From the NCBI GenBank assembly GCA_038114465.1, contig JAYNQW010000006.1, positions 43,059-107,058 on the forward strand: 64,000 nt of DNA. Direction: 5' to 3'. The position numbers and the translations under genes were made by a program. The number at the start of each line of letters is the position of its first letter. Positions within the stretch are counted from its first letter, which is position 1. Shown in pieces: positions 17,801 through 26,621 of this stretch. The notes under the pieces are model-generated. The model was not told the DNA's origin. It worked only from the letters and a program-made list of their open reading frames with translations, and made no database searches. The DNA is from Rhodospirillaceae bacterium (GTDB taxonomy: Bacteria; Pseudomonadota; Alphaproteobacteria; Rhodospirillales; CALINB01).

Positions 17801-18295
17801 TCACTCGCCTGTAATCATGAGCCAGAAGTCCCCGGTCGCAAACGTGATGTCCAGGAACCAAACGAAGAAGGCATAACAAGCAGCGGTCAGAACGCCGGCG
17901 ACAATGGCCGATACCCACCATGTCCGTTCACCGAGAAACTTTACGCCGATAGTAACAAAGACAAAAGTTGCAGGCGGATAACCGATCAGATCAATGAGCA
18001 GAACATAGGCAATGACCATAAAAAGAATGGCCACGCCTCTGATTTCGTCAATGATGCCGACAATTTTTTCATATTGCATGCCGCCTGTGCGCCAAGCGTT
18101 ATAAAAAAAACAAGCGCACATCAGCACCCCAAATAATCCGACTAACTGAGGAAACGCGCCGGGACCGATTTTGTCTTCCATATTTGTTTTTGGAATGGAA
18201 TCGGCCTCAATAACATAAAGGACGAATAATATCGTCATTAGCGTGGCGATCATGCGATCGCCTTCAAAGAAGAGGCTTTTGATTTTTTGTCCCAC
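17801..18295 (-). CDS. tctB: Tripartite tricarboxylate transporter small membrane subunit TctB
   Basis: Multi-pass hydrophobic protein with GPGAFP motif, located between tctC and tctA. Confidence 0.88.
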   Translation of the reverse strand: MGQKIKSLFFEGDRMIATLMTILFVLYVIEADSIPKTNMEDKIGPGAFPQLVGLFGVLMCACFFYNAWRTGGMQYEKIVGIIDEIRGVAILFMVIAYVLLIDLIGYPPATFVFVTIGVKFLGERTWWVSAIVAGVLTAACYAFFVWFLDITFATGDFWLMITGE

Positions 18296-18380
18296 GATTC
18301 GAATCCCCTCAGTTTTTTCTTATCGTCGTTGGAAAAGGTGTTCTTTTATAAAGACTCTTTGAAAAATTTCAAAACGGCGT

Positions 18381-18407
18381 CCGCCGGGTCCCGATAGGAC
18401 CCGGCGG
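18381..18407 (-). terminator. Intercistronic hairpin after tctC
   Basis: Perfect 11-bp stem CCGCCGGGTCC-CGATA-GGACCCGGCGG with no strong U tract, typical after substrate-binding-protein genes. Confidence 0.55.
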
Positions 18408-18428
18408 CTGGCCAATGTTTATTTGCTC

Positions 18429-19442
18429 CTACGAGCTTTTCTTTTCTTTCTTCTTCTTTTTCTTCTTCTTTTTCTTACCGATCAGATTCAGCTCGGTGCC
18501 GAGCGCCAAGTAGTTATCAAACTCGGTTTTCAGCATCTTCGCGAGCTCATTACGTTTGATGAAAACCGGCGTCAGGTTGTTTTTCTTAACGTATTTTTTG
18601 AAGCTCGCATCTTTGCGGACTTTTTCGATGATACCCATCCAATATTTAACGGCAGCCTTGCTGACGTCTTTGCCCATCCACAAACCGCGGTATTGCTTCA
18701 AAACCGGGAAGCCGTAACCGGCTTCTTGGTATGTCGGCACTTTCGGGAATTCACCGAGTTTTTCGGAAGCGGCAATGATGCGCATTTTACCGGCTCTGAC
18801 GAATTGCAACAGCTGGCCTGGGTTTTCCATCACGAAATCGATGTGACCGCCGAGCAGTTTCAGAATGCCTTGATCGTCAAACGGCGTGTAGGTCCATTTG
18901 CATTTGATTTTGCGTTGCAGCAGGATGCTGTTTAAGGACGCCACGTTACCGAAGTCGCCGCCGCCATGGATAACTTTGCCCGGATTGGCACAGGCTTTGT
19001 CCATCACGTCTTTCATCGTTTTGTAAGGCGAATTGGCATTTACCGTCATCAGGTTCGGTGAAACGACCATCAGTGCCAACGGTGTGAAGTGCCACGGGCG
19101 GGTTTTTTGTTTCGCCAAAATCGGGTTGTTGACCTGCGACGGTGTAATCACCTGCATCATGTGGTTGTTGGCTTTGTTTTTGATGCTGAGGTGACGCCGG
19201 GCCCGGTCACCGCGTGCGCCGCGGATGGACAGAACTTTCACGCCTTTTTTAAGCATCGGTTTTGCCGCTTTTTCGACAGCCTTGGCAAACCGGTACGTCG
19301 AGGACGTCGTGCGGACGTGTGTGAGGATTTCGAGCTGCTTGGAAGGTTTCCAAGCGGCTTCGGCGGCAGCACTGGCAAGAATTGCCATCGAGGCAACGCC
19401 CAGGACGCCGTATTTAAACGTTGTCTGAATAGGGTTTTTCAT
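18429..19442 (-). CDS. tctC: TctC/Bug substrate-binding protein with poly-Lys C-terminus
   Basis: Signal peptide, WKPSKQLE, VNANSPYKT, LLGGHID, VPTYQEAG; upstream of tctB and tctA. Confidence 0.88.
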   Translation of the reverse strand: MKNPIQTTFKYGVLGVASMAILASAAAEAAWKPSKQLEILTHVRTTSSTYRFAKAVEKAAKPMLKKGVKVLSIRGARGDRARRHLSIKNKANNHMMQVITPSQVNNPILAKQKTRPWHFTPLALMVVSPNLMTVNANSPYKTMKDVMDKACANPGKVIHGGGDFGNVASLNSILLQRKIKCKWTYTPFDDQGILKLLGGHIDFVMENPGQLLQFVRAGKMRIIAASEKLGEFPKVPTYQEAGYGFPVLKQYRGLWMGKDVSKAAVKYWMGIIEKVRKDASFKKYVKKNNLTPVFIKRNELAKMLKTEFDNYLALGTELNLIGKKKKKKKKKKEKKSS

Positions 19443-19597
19443 TCGTTAAACTCTCCCAAAATCTCATAATGTGGTTCGAAACGTGGTTGACCGTGAAAGC
19501 CCTGCGGGAAATTGCAGTTACCAAAAGGAAACAATTAAAGATTTCTCGCTCAGGGTGTTCTTAGGTGGGCCCTCCCGGCCGTTTTAGCATTTTTATA

Positions 19598-19622
19598 CAT
19601 CGGTTCATATAATGAACCGATG
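19598..19622. promoter_or_regulatory. Palindromic operator in the divergent tctC/hydrolase promoter region
   Basis: CATCGGTTCAT-ATA-ATGAACCGATG with perfect 11-bp arms; a related site GTTTATATAATGAAAC lies at 19681-19696. Confidence 0.65.
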
Positions 19623-19743
19623 GTTTTCAACCTAACGCTACCGATTGTGCTTAACCGGTGCAAGAAAAAATCTTGGCGTGGTTTATATAATGAAACAAAT
19701 AATGGTGTTACCGACGCCGTGGGCGGTTTGCAGGAAAATTTGA

Positions 19744-20622
19744 ATGTCAGAAACGAGAGTATACCTAAAGTACACGACTGAAGAATTGCGGCGTCAATAT
19801 GATACCCGTGCCGGCGTGCCTGGCATCAATGAAATGGTCGCCGCCCGGCCCAAAATGGCGGCTTCTTATCGTGCTGAAGCGCCACAAGTAAGGCTTGATT
19901 TGGCTTATGGCCCGCGCGATCAGGAGACTTTGGACCTGTTTATGCCGGCCCGCGTCACTGAAGCGCCCGTGCATTTATTCATTCATGGCGGCTATTGGAC
20001 CATGATGGACAAAACCGATTTCAGCTTTATCGCAAAACCATATGTCGACGCCGGCGCCCTTGTCGCCGTCGTTAATTACGACCTTTGTCCGGTGGTGACC
20101 CTGCCCAAGATCGTCGATGAGATTCGCCGTTGCATTGTCTGGCTCTATCAACATATTGCCGAGTTTGGCGGCGATCCGAATCAAATTCACATTTCGGGTC
20201 ATTCAGCGGGAGGCCATTTAACCGGCATGATGCTGGCGACGGATTGGCCGGCATTCGATAAGACCGTCCCGGCGGATGTCGTGAAGTCGGCCGTGCCGAT
20301 GAGCGGTATCTATGACCTCGAGGCGATGCGCCATATTCCCTTGCAGGAGAAACTTGTCCTCGATGCGAAAACCGCGCGTGCCAACAGCCCGATGTTTTTA
20401 GATGTGATGAGTAAAGTGCCGAGCTTGGTGGCCGTCGGCGGCGGGGAAAGCGACGAGTTTCATCGCCAATCGTTGGAGTATGCCGATCACCTCAAAGAAG
20501 GCGGTGCGGAAGTTCAGTATATGGACTGTCCGGGGCTGTTTCACATCAGCATGCTGACCGAAACGGTCGATGCCGCTCATCCATTTACGCAAGCGAGATT
20601 ACGATTGATGGGCCTGCTATAA
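19744..20622 (+). CDS. Alpha/beta hydrolase, arylformamidase/kynurenine-formamidase-like
   Basis: FIHGGYW, NYDLCP, SGHSAGGHL, SGIYDL, ES.EF..QS, catalytic His. Confidence 0.85.
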   Translation: MSETRVYLKYTTEELRRQYDTRAGVPGINEMVAARPKMAASYRAEAPQVRLDLAYGPRDQETLDLFMPARVTEAPVHLFIHGGYWTMMDKTDFSFIAKPYVDAGALVAVVNYDLCPVVTLPKIVDEIRRCIVWLYQHIAEFGGDPNQIHISGHSAGGHLTGMMLATDWPAFDKTVPADVVKSAVPMSGIYDLEAMRHIPLQEKLVLDAKTARANSPMFLDVMSKVPSLVAVGGGESDEFHRQSLEYADHLKEGGAEVQYMDCPGLFHISMLTETVDAAHPFTQARLRLMGLL

Positions 20623-20635
20623 TTCGAAAGTAGCG

Positions 20636-21055
20636 TTAGTCTTTTTCCGGCTTGAAGCCTTCTTCGTAACGCGCACCGTCGCGCTTGCCGTCTGCCGGAT
20701 CGGCTTCGCCGACGCCGACGGTGGTGTCTTTACAAACGAGAAAGATCACATCTTCATCTTCTTCGGGGTCCGCAATAATGGAATGGACCGTGTTTGCCGG
20801 AATGTGAATCACGTGACCGGGCGGCGCGCGAAACGGTACACCGTCAATCTCGCCCATTAAGGCGCCCTGCATCACGTAGTTGAACTGTTCGTTTTTATGG
20901 ATATGCGGTTTTGAACCCGTGCCACGGGCTTTATGAATGTAGCCGAAATGCATTTTGTTGCCGGTTACCGCGGCGCCGAATGATGTTGAAAGCCCTGGCG
21001 CGACGACGGCCCCATCGGCATTGGCAATGTTCGTGACGTACTTATTCTGAGACAT
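20636..21055 (-). CDS. Cupin domain protein
   Basis: GSKPHIHKNEQFNYV...HIPANTVHS. Confidence 0.85.
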   Translation of the reverse strand: MSQNKYVTNIANADGAVVAPGLSTSFGAAVTGNKMHFGYIHKARGTGSKPHIHKNEQFNYVMQGALMGEIDGVPFRAPPGHVIHIPANTVHSIIADPEEDEDVIFLVCKDTTVGVGEADPADGKRDGARYEEGFKPEKD

Positions 21056-21079
21056 TTTAATCTTCCCTGCTGATAATCG

Positions 21080-21910
21080 TTAGCTTGCTTGTTGGAGGCG
21101 CGGCGGGTTGGTGCGCTTTGTCCTGAAGTCTTCGACCTTGCCGTCCGATAACTTTACGCCTGTGTTTTTAATGGCTTCATCATCAACCATTTGCAGCGGT
21201 GTGTAAAACGGATGATTGTGCTCAAGGCGCGGATTGTTGCGCGCGGCATTGTAGCAGAATATCAAGTACCAGCGCCGGTTCTCGGAACGGTTGGCGGCTG
21301 AACGATGCAGCAAGTTGCAATGAAAGAACAGGCCGTCGCCTGGTTCCATTTCGCAATGAACGGTTTCGAATTCCTCTTCCGCCCACTTCATGCGCTCCTG
21401 ATCGGCCCAGGCTTGATCGCCCTTGGTCAGGTCATGATCAATACGGCCCATGAGGTGGGAGCCCTTCAGCACTTCGAGACAGCCGTTTTCCTTGGTGGCG
21501 GGATCGAGCGGCACAATCACGTTGGCCATGTAGGGGAACTGAATGCCGTTGTGATACCAGTAACCGTAATCCTGGTGCCATTCCCAAGAGCCGCCCTCTT
21601 TCGGCTCTTTTGCGGTCAGTTTCGTGTGGTAATGATAAACCTCGCCGCCGAGCAGTTCTTCCATCGATTCAACAATGCGCTTTGAACGGGCGGCCAGGCC
21701 ATAGGAACTGTCGCCGGGGTGATTCCAGGAAATCAGTTTCGTCGAAAGGCCCTCGTTGTCTTCCCGGTCGAAAAAGTTGCTTTGAATATTGGGGTCGGTT
21801 TCGACCGCTTCGCGAATAATCGCCATCTCTTCGTTGTCGAAAAGATTACGGACAATATAAAAACCGTCTTTCTCGAATGATTGAATTTGTTCTGAATTCA
21901 GCGCGCCCAT
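21080..21910 (-). CDS. PhyH family Fe(II)/2OG hydroxylase
   Basis: EVYHYHTKL, WHQDYGYW, NGCL.V..GSH, FFHCNLLHRS..N.S...R. Confidence 0.9.
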   Translation of the reverse strand: MGALNSEQIQSFEKDGFYIVRNLFDNEEMAIIREAVETDPNIQSNFFDREDNEGLSTKLISWNHPGDSSYGLAARSKRIVESMEELLGGEVYHYHTKLTAKEPKEGGSWEWHQDYGYWYHNGIQFPYMANVIVPLDPATKENGCLEVLKGSHLMGRIDHDLTKGDQAWADQERMKWAEEEFETVHCEMEPGDGLFFHCNLLHRSAANRSENRRWYLIFCYNAARNNPRLEHNHPFYTPLQMVDDEAIKNTGVKLSDGKVEDFRTKRTNPPRLQQAS

Positions 21911-22007
21911 GTTTGGTCTCCTTTAATTGAGAGCCTAAAATTAATAGCCTAAAGTATAACGTTTTAATTAGATATTTGTTTTTTTTAAGTCAAATAGCGG
22001 CGGGAAT

Positions 22008-24167
22008 TTAAGACTTTTTTGCAATGAGCGCGTCGACGACACAAGCGCCTTGCCCGTTCGGATAAACGATAACCGGGTTTAAATCTGCTTCGCTGAAATG
22101 ATCTTTGAGATCGATTCCTATTAGCGATATCTTCACCAAAACGTCGGCAAGCGCGTCCTGATCGGCCGGTGGTTGCCCGCGCGCGCCCTCTAAAATTTTT
22201 GCGCCTTTCAGCTGCTTGAGCATATCGAGCGCATCCTGTTTGCCGAGTGGCGCGGGACAAAACGCGACGTCTTTCAGCACTTCAATGAAGATACCGCCCA
22301 AGCCGACCATGACCATGGGACCGAAGTCAGGGTCGTTGATCAGCCCCGCCGTCATTTCCAGGCCGGGGGATTTCATTTCTTCCATCAAGACGCCGTCAAT
22401 TTCGGCATCCGGCATATGATTTTTCACGTTACCGAGAATTGTCTCGAAGGCGTTCGCCGCCGCGTCTTCGTTGTCGATATTGAGTATCACGCCGCCGGCT
22501 TCGGTTTTATGCGCGATGTCGCCTGAAAGAATTTTCATCACGACGGGTGTGCCAAATGTCTTAAATGCGCTGCGCGCTTCATCCGGCGATGACACGATTT
22601 CGGTTTTCGGTACGGGAATTTCATAAAGACGCAGCAGTTCTTTGGCCTGGACCTCGTTTAGTTGATCGCCGCTTTGATTGAATACCTTGAGAGCCTCTTT
22701 CGCCTTGGCGCTGGGTTTGTCGGCCGGCGGTGGGTTTGTTTTCCAACGATCCTGAAAAGAGCCGTAATCGCTTAAGGCTTTCAGAGCGTGCAGGCTGCCC
22801 CGTTGGCTGACGTAACAGGGAACGTGATGGCTCGAAAGCAGCGCGACGTTTTCTTCCGACGGCGTTGTGTAGGAATACAGCAACACCGGTTTGTTGCTGC
22901 GTTTCACATGCGCCGCGATCTCCGGAGCTTGGTCTTCCATTTGCCCGTGCGGCCCCATGTTCTGCTGTACAATGACGGTATCAATATCCGGGTCATCGAC
23001 CAGGAAACCGACTGTTTGACCGAGCGATGTGGTGGTGCCGAATTTGTAGTTTGCTTGTGCCGTTAGATCGACTGGATTTTGCGGTGAACCATAAGTCGGA
23101 ATGACAGTGCGAATTTGATCTTGTGTCGCTTCGCTGAGCGCGGGAATTTCGAGGCCCATCTCCTCGCAAAGATCCGTCATGAGAATAGCATTGCCGCCTG
23201 AGACCGTGATCATGCCGACGCGATTACCATGCGGCAGCGGTGAACTGGTAAGCGCTAGGGCCGTGCTGATCATATCATCGGGATCAAAGCAGCGGATCAC
23301 GCCGTAGCGGTCGAACATCGCCTGATACGCGGTATCCGAGCCGGCTAAGTGCGCGGTGTGAGAGGCCGTTGCCCGCTCGCCGGCCGATGAGCGTCCGACC
23401 TTAGCGGCGATCAACGGCTTGCCTGCATTAGCCGCCATTTCGGCGATGGCGCGGAATTTTTGCGGTTCGCGCAAGCCCTCGATAAAGAGCAGCAACGCAT
23501 CCGTATCGTCACGCTGTAACGCGTAGTTTGCAAAATCAAGGGTTTCCAAATCGATCTCGTTACCGGTGCTGATGACGAACGAGTAATCGAGCCCCCAGCG
23601 CGCGCCCCGTAACAGTGCAAATGCCAATCCGCCACTTTGCGAAACTACCGCAACCCGGCCTGTTGGGGTTTCTGGTCTTTGATCGAGTGCACCGATGACG
23701 CGGCTGAAAGTCATCGCCATGCCGTCGGCGATATTAAACAAACCTTGCGAGTTCGGCCCGGCGACCCGAATAGGATACCGCGCCAAGATATCTTTGACTT
23801 GGTGATGCAGTGCGACGCCTTCTTCGCCGCCTTCGGCAAATCCGGATGATAAAATGTATGCGAACGGCACACCTTTTTTGGCACAAGCTTCGATTGTTTG
23901 CGGCACGTGTTTCGGTGGAATGACGATGGCGGCGAGATCGACGGTTTCCGGCACGTCGTCAATCGATGGGTAGGATTTTAGGCCCTGCACTTCTTCGTGG
24001 CTCGGATTGACCGGATAAATATTGCCGCTGAAACCGTTTGAGATCAGGTTGTCGAGAAGGCGGCCGCGAATAGTCGACTTTTCCGGTGAAGCGCCGATAA
24101 CGGCAACGCTCTTTGGTGAGAAAAATGTCGTGAGATCGGGGTGGGCGTTTGTTGTGTCAGTCATCAT
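22008..24167 (-). CDS. Acetate--CoA ligase family protein (ADP-forming acyl-CoA synthetase, fused CoA-binding and ATP-grasp domains)
   Basis: SVAVIGAS, GPNSQG, SQSGG, ASHTAHLAG, NPVDL, HKTEAGGV, DLNP. Confidence 0.9.
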   Translation of the reverse strand: MMTDTTNAHPDLTTFFSPKSVAVIGASPEKSTIRGRLLDNLISNGFSGNIYPVNPSHEEVQGLKSYPSIDDVPETVDLAAIVIPPKHVPQTIEACAKKGVPFAYILSSGFAEGGEEGVALHHQVKDILARYPIRVAGPNSQGLFNIADGMAMTFSRVIGALDQRPETPTGRVAVVSQSGGLAFALLRGARWGLDYSFVISTGNEIDLETLDFANYALQRDDTDALLLFIEGLREPQKFRAIAEMAANAGKPLIAAKVGRSSAGERATASHTAHLAGSDTAYQAMFDRYGVIRCFDPDDMISTALALTSSPLPHGNRVGMITVSGGNAILMTDLCEEMGLEIPALSEATQDQIRTVIPTYGSPQNPVDLTAQANYKFGTTTSLGQTVGFLVDDPDIDTVIVQQNMGPHGQMEDQAPEIAAHVKRSNKPVLLYSYTTPSEENVALLSSHHVPCYVSQRGSLHALKALSDYGSFQDRWKTNPPPADKPSAKAKEALKVFNQSGDQLNEVQAKELLRLYEIPVPKTEIVSSPDEARSAFKTFGTPVVMKILSGDIAHKTEAGGVILNIDNEDAAANAFETILGNVKNHMPDAEIDGVLMEEMKSPGLEMTAGLINDPDFGPMVMVGLGGIFIEVLKDVAFCPAPLGKQDALDMLKQLKGAKILEGARGQPPADQDALADVLVKISLIGIDLKDHFSEADLNPVIVYPNGQGACVVDALIAKKS

Positions 24168-24180
24168 GGTGAGTTTTCTT

Positions 24181-25248
24181 TTAAGATGCCGTGATCAGCG
24201 GCCATAATCCATCGCCGCCGTCTTGTAATGCCAGTGCGCCCAGCGTGACGGCCCAGTCGCCATCGGTACCGAACTCATCGCGCCAGGCCCACAGCCGGCG
24301 GGTGAGTTGATGCAACGGATGCTCGTAGGTAAAGCCCATGGCGCCATGCACCTGATGGGCGATGTTCGCCCCTTCGCTGGCGGCTTCACCCGCGCGTACT
24401 TTCGCCGCAGCAATTTGAAATTCGCCGCTGCTTGTTTCGAGCGCTTCGACGGCGGCATCCGATGCAGCACCCGCGGCGGCGGCTTCACCGGCCAGTACCG
24501 CCAGGGATTGCTGGATCGCCTGGAACTTAGCGATCGGACGGCCGAACTGTACCCGGTCCAAGGCATGCTGCACGGAAAGATCGAGTACCTGATCGAGCGC
24601 ACCGGCCATCATGACAACCCGGCTGAGCGCACCGAGGTATTCGAGGCTGGTTAAAGAATGATCCGGCAACGCAAAAACGGCGTCATCATGAACCGCAACT
24701 TGATTAAACGTTAAATCATCACGCGCTTCGCCGGCGATGTTCATGCCTTCTTTGATTGTACTTTCGCTCGGATCAAGAAGAATAAGTTGAGCATTGTCTT
24801 GCGCGTCCGTATGAACGGCCAAAATCGTTTTAACGTGACGTCCCCACGGCACGGCGGCGAGTGTGCCTGAAGCGCTCCAGCCCGACGTTTGTTTGCTGAA
24901 GGCAAGGGAACTGTTCGCCGTGTTTGTCGCAAATGAGATTGGCCCGCTCGGCGGCGTCACGCCGCAACGGCTCAGCAGCCAGGCGGCAATGACTGTTTCG
25001 GCAAACGGGGCGGGCACGGCAAATCGCCCGGCTTGGCGGACAAGCGCCATGGCATCGCCGAAGGCTGCACCAGCGCCGTTTTGTTCTTCGCCGACGGCGG
25101 CGAGCGTCAGGCCGTTTTCCTCCACGGCATTCCATAACGCTTGCGGCCACGTGCCTTGTTCGGCTTGATCGATGACGTCTTTGGTGGCGAGGTCAGTAAA
25201 TAACCGGCTAGCCTGATCGACGAGAATGGTTCTGATTTCATTACTCAT
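24181..25248 (-). CDS. Acyl-CoA dehydrogenase family, probable non-catalytic partner subunit
   Basis: RVQFGRPIAKFQAIQ, HQVHGAMGFT.EH; degenerate N-terminal FAD-binding motifs. Confidence 0.88.
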   Translation of the reverse strand: MSNEIRTILVDQASRLFTDLATKDVIDQAEQGTWPQALWNAVEENGLTLAAVGEEQNGAGAAFGDAMALVRQAGRFAVPAPFAETVIAAWLLSRCGVTPPSGPISFATNTANSSLAFSKQTSGWSASGTLAAVPWGRHVKTILAVHTDAQDNAQLILLDPSESTIKEGMNIAGEARDDLTFNQVAVHDDAVFALPDHSLTSLEYLGALSRVVMMAGALDQVLDLSVQHALDRVQFGRPIAKFQAIQQSLAVLAGEAAAAGAASDAAVEALETSSGEFQIAAAKVRAGEAASEGANIAHQVHGAMGFTYEHPLHQLTRRLWAWRDEFGTDGDWAVTLGALALQDGGDGLWPLITAS

Positions 25249-26405
25249 CGCAGGCCAAGCTCCCGGGCGATGATGCTGCGTAAAATTTCCTGCGAACCGC
25301 CGCGAATGGTCAGCGCGGGGGCAAGCGATGTCGCGAGATTAACGAATGTCTCGAAGCGTTCGCGGTCTTCGGCAGGGGTGTCGGCTTTCGGCCTGAATTG
25401 GCGCGCGATGTTTGGTACCCGTCTTTCGAAATTCGTGCCGATGTCTTTAACAAGTGCCGCCTCGACCGCCGGCGAGACTCCGGCTTGCAGCATGCTCGCG
25501 ACCGACAGCGACATTTGGCGAAGCGTCCATAATTGTGCGACCAACCGCCCGACGGCTTCTTGTGTGCGGGCATCATCCGTGTGTTGATGAATATGGGCAA
25601 GCTCGCCGAGAACAAGATACGTGCTGAGAAAGCGTTCCGGCCCGCTACGTTCATACGCAAGCTCGGCGGAAGCCTGCTTCCAGGCCTGATCCACTTCGCC
25701 GAGCAGCGCGTCTTCGGGCAGCAGCACGTCATCGAAAAAGACTTCGTTGAAATCATGTTGGCCCGTGAGATTGATGATGGGCCGAACCGTGATTCCGGGG
25801 AGCGACATATCGACGAGAAATTGCGACAAGCCATGGCGGCGGTTCTCTTCCGTTGCCGGCGAAGTGCGGAATAATCCGATCATGTACTGCGCACGATGGG
25901 CATTACTGGTCCAAATTTTTTGCCCGTTGATGCGCCAGCCCTCTTTGGTTTTGGTTGCTTTACATTGCGCGGAAAATAAATCGGAGCCTGAGTTCGGTTC
26001 GCTCAGCCCGATGCAGAAACAGAGTTCTCCTTTGCAGATCTTCGGCAGGAGTTCTTTTTTCTGCTGCTCGTTACCGAAGCGTAGCAGCAAGGGACCGCTT
26101 TGCCGGTCGGCGATCCAATGGGCGCGAATGGGTGCCCCCGCGGCCAGCATTTCCTCGCTGACTACATAGCGCTCGTCGAAGCTGCGTTCATGCCCGCCGT
26201 ATTCTTTCGGCCAGGTCATGCCGATCCAACCCCGCTTGCCGAGTTTTTGGCTGAACTCAAACGAGAATCCACCGCCGAACTCACCCGTCGGGGCGTAGGT
26301 GCCGGCCTCGCGTTCAGTCTTCAGGAAATCACGCACTTCCTGGCGTAAATCCTCGTACTGACGCGTATTTTCGGGTCGGGTGAGTTTAAGTCCTTGGAAC
26401 GTCAT
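25245..26405 (-). CDS. Acyl-CoA dehydrogenase
   Basis: GLSEPNSGSDL, NGQKIWTS, FNEVFFDDV, LAYERSG, TIRGGSQEILR. Confidence 0.92.
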   Translation of the reverse strand: MTFQGLKLTRPENTRQYEDLRQEVRDFLKTEREAGTYAPTGEFGGGFSFEFSQKLGKRGWIGMTWPKEYGGHERSFDERYVVSEEMLAAGAPIRAHWIADRQSGPLLLRFGNEQQKKELLPKICKGELCFCIGLSEPNSGSDLFSAQCKATKTKEGWRINGQKIWTSNAHRAQYMIGLFRTSPATEENRRHGLSQFLVDMSLPGITVRPIINLTGQHDFNEVFFDDVLLPEDALLGEVDQAWKQASAELAYERSGPERFLSTYLVLGELAHIHQHTDDARTQEAVGRLVAQLWTLRQMSLSVASMLQAGVSPAVEAALVKDIGTNFERRVPNIARQFRPKADTPAEDRERFETFVNLATSLAPALTIRGGSQEILRSIIARELGLR

Positions 26406-26621
26406 GGTCGTTTTTTAGTGATGATTTAAATCGAGGCCACTTAATACCGGCCCAGGACCCGGCTGAACAGGCTTTTTTGGCCAATTTACCGGCTAACTTT
26501 CGGCATGGAGCTTATAATACAAAATAATTATGTAATTTAATATATTTTACATTTTTATTTGACATTTTATAGGTTAATTACAATTATCAGTGACAAATTA
26601 AGCCCAACCAGGGAATACCTA

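Noticed and set aside
18423-18935. 170-aa ORF with a signal-peptide-like poly-Leu/Phe start
   Set aside because: The hydrophobic run is just the reverse complement of the TctC poly-Lys codons.
11379-26405. tRNA-Leu-anchored genomic island
   Set aside because: I found no integrase next to the tRNA and no repeat of its 3' end downstream, and base composition looks like the rest of the window. The content is accessory but shows no mobility evidence.
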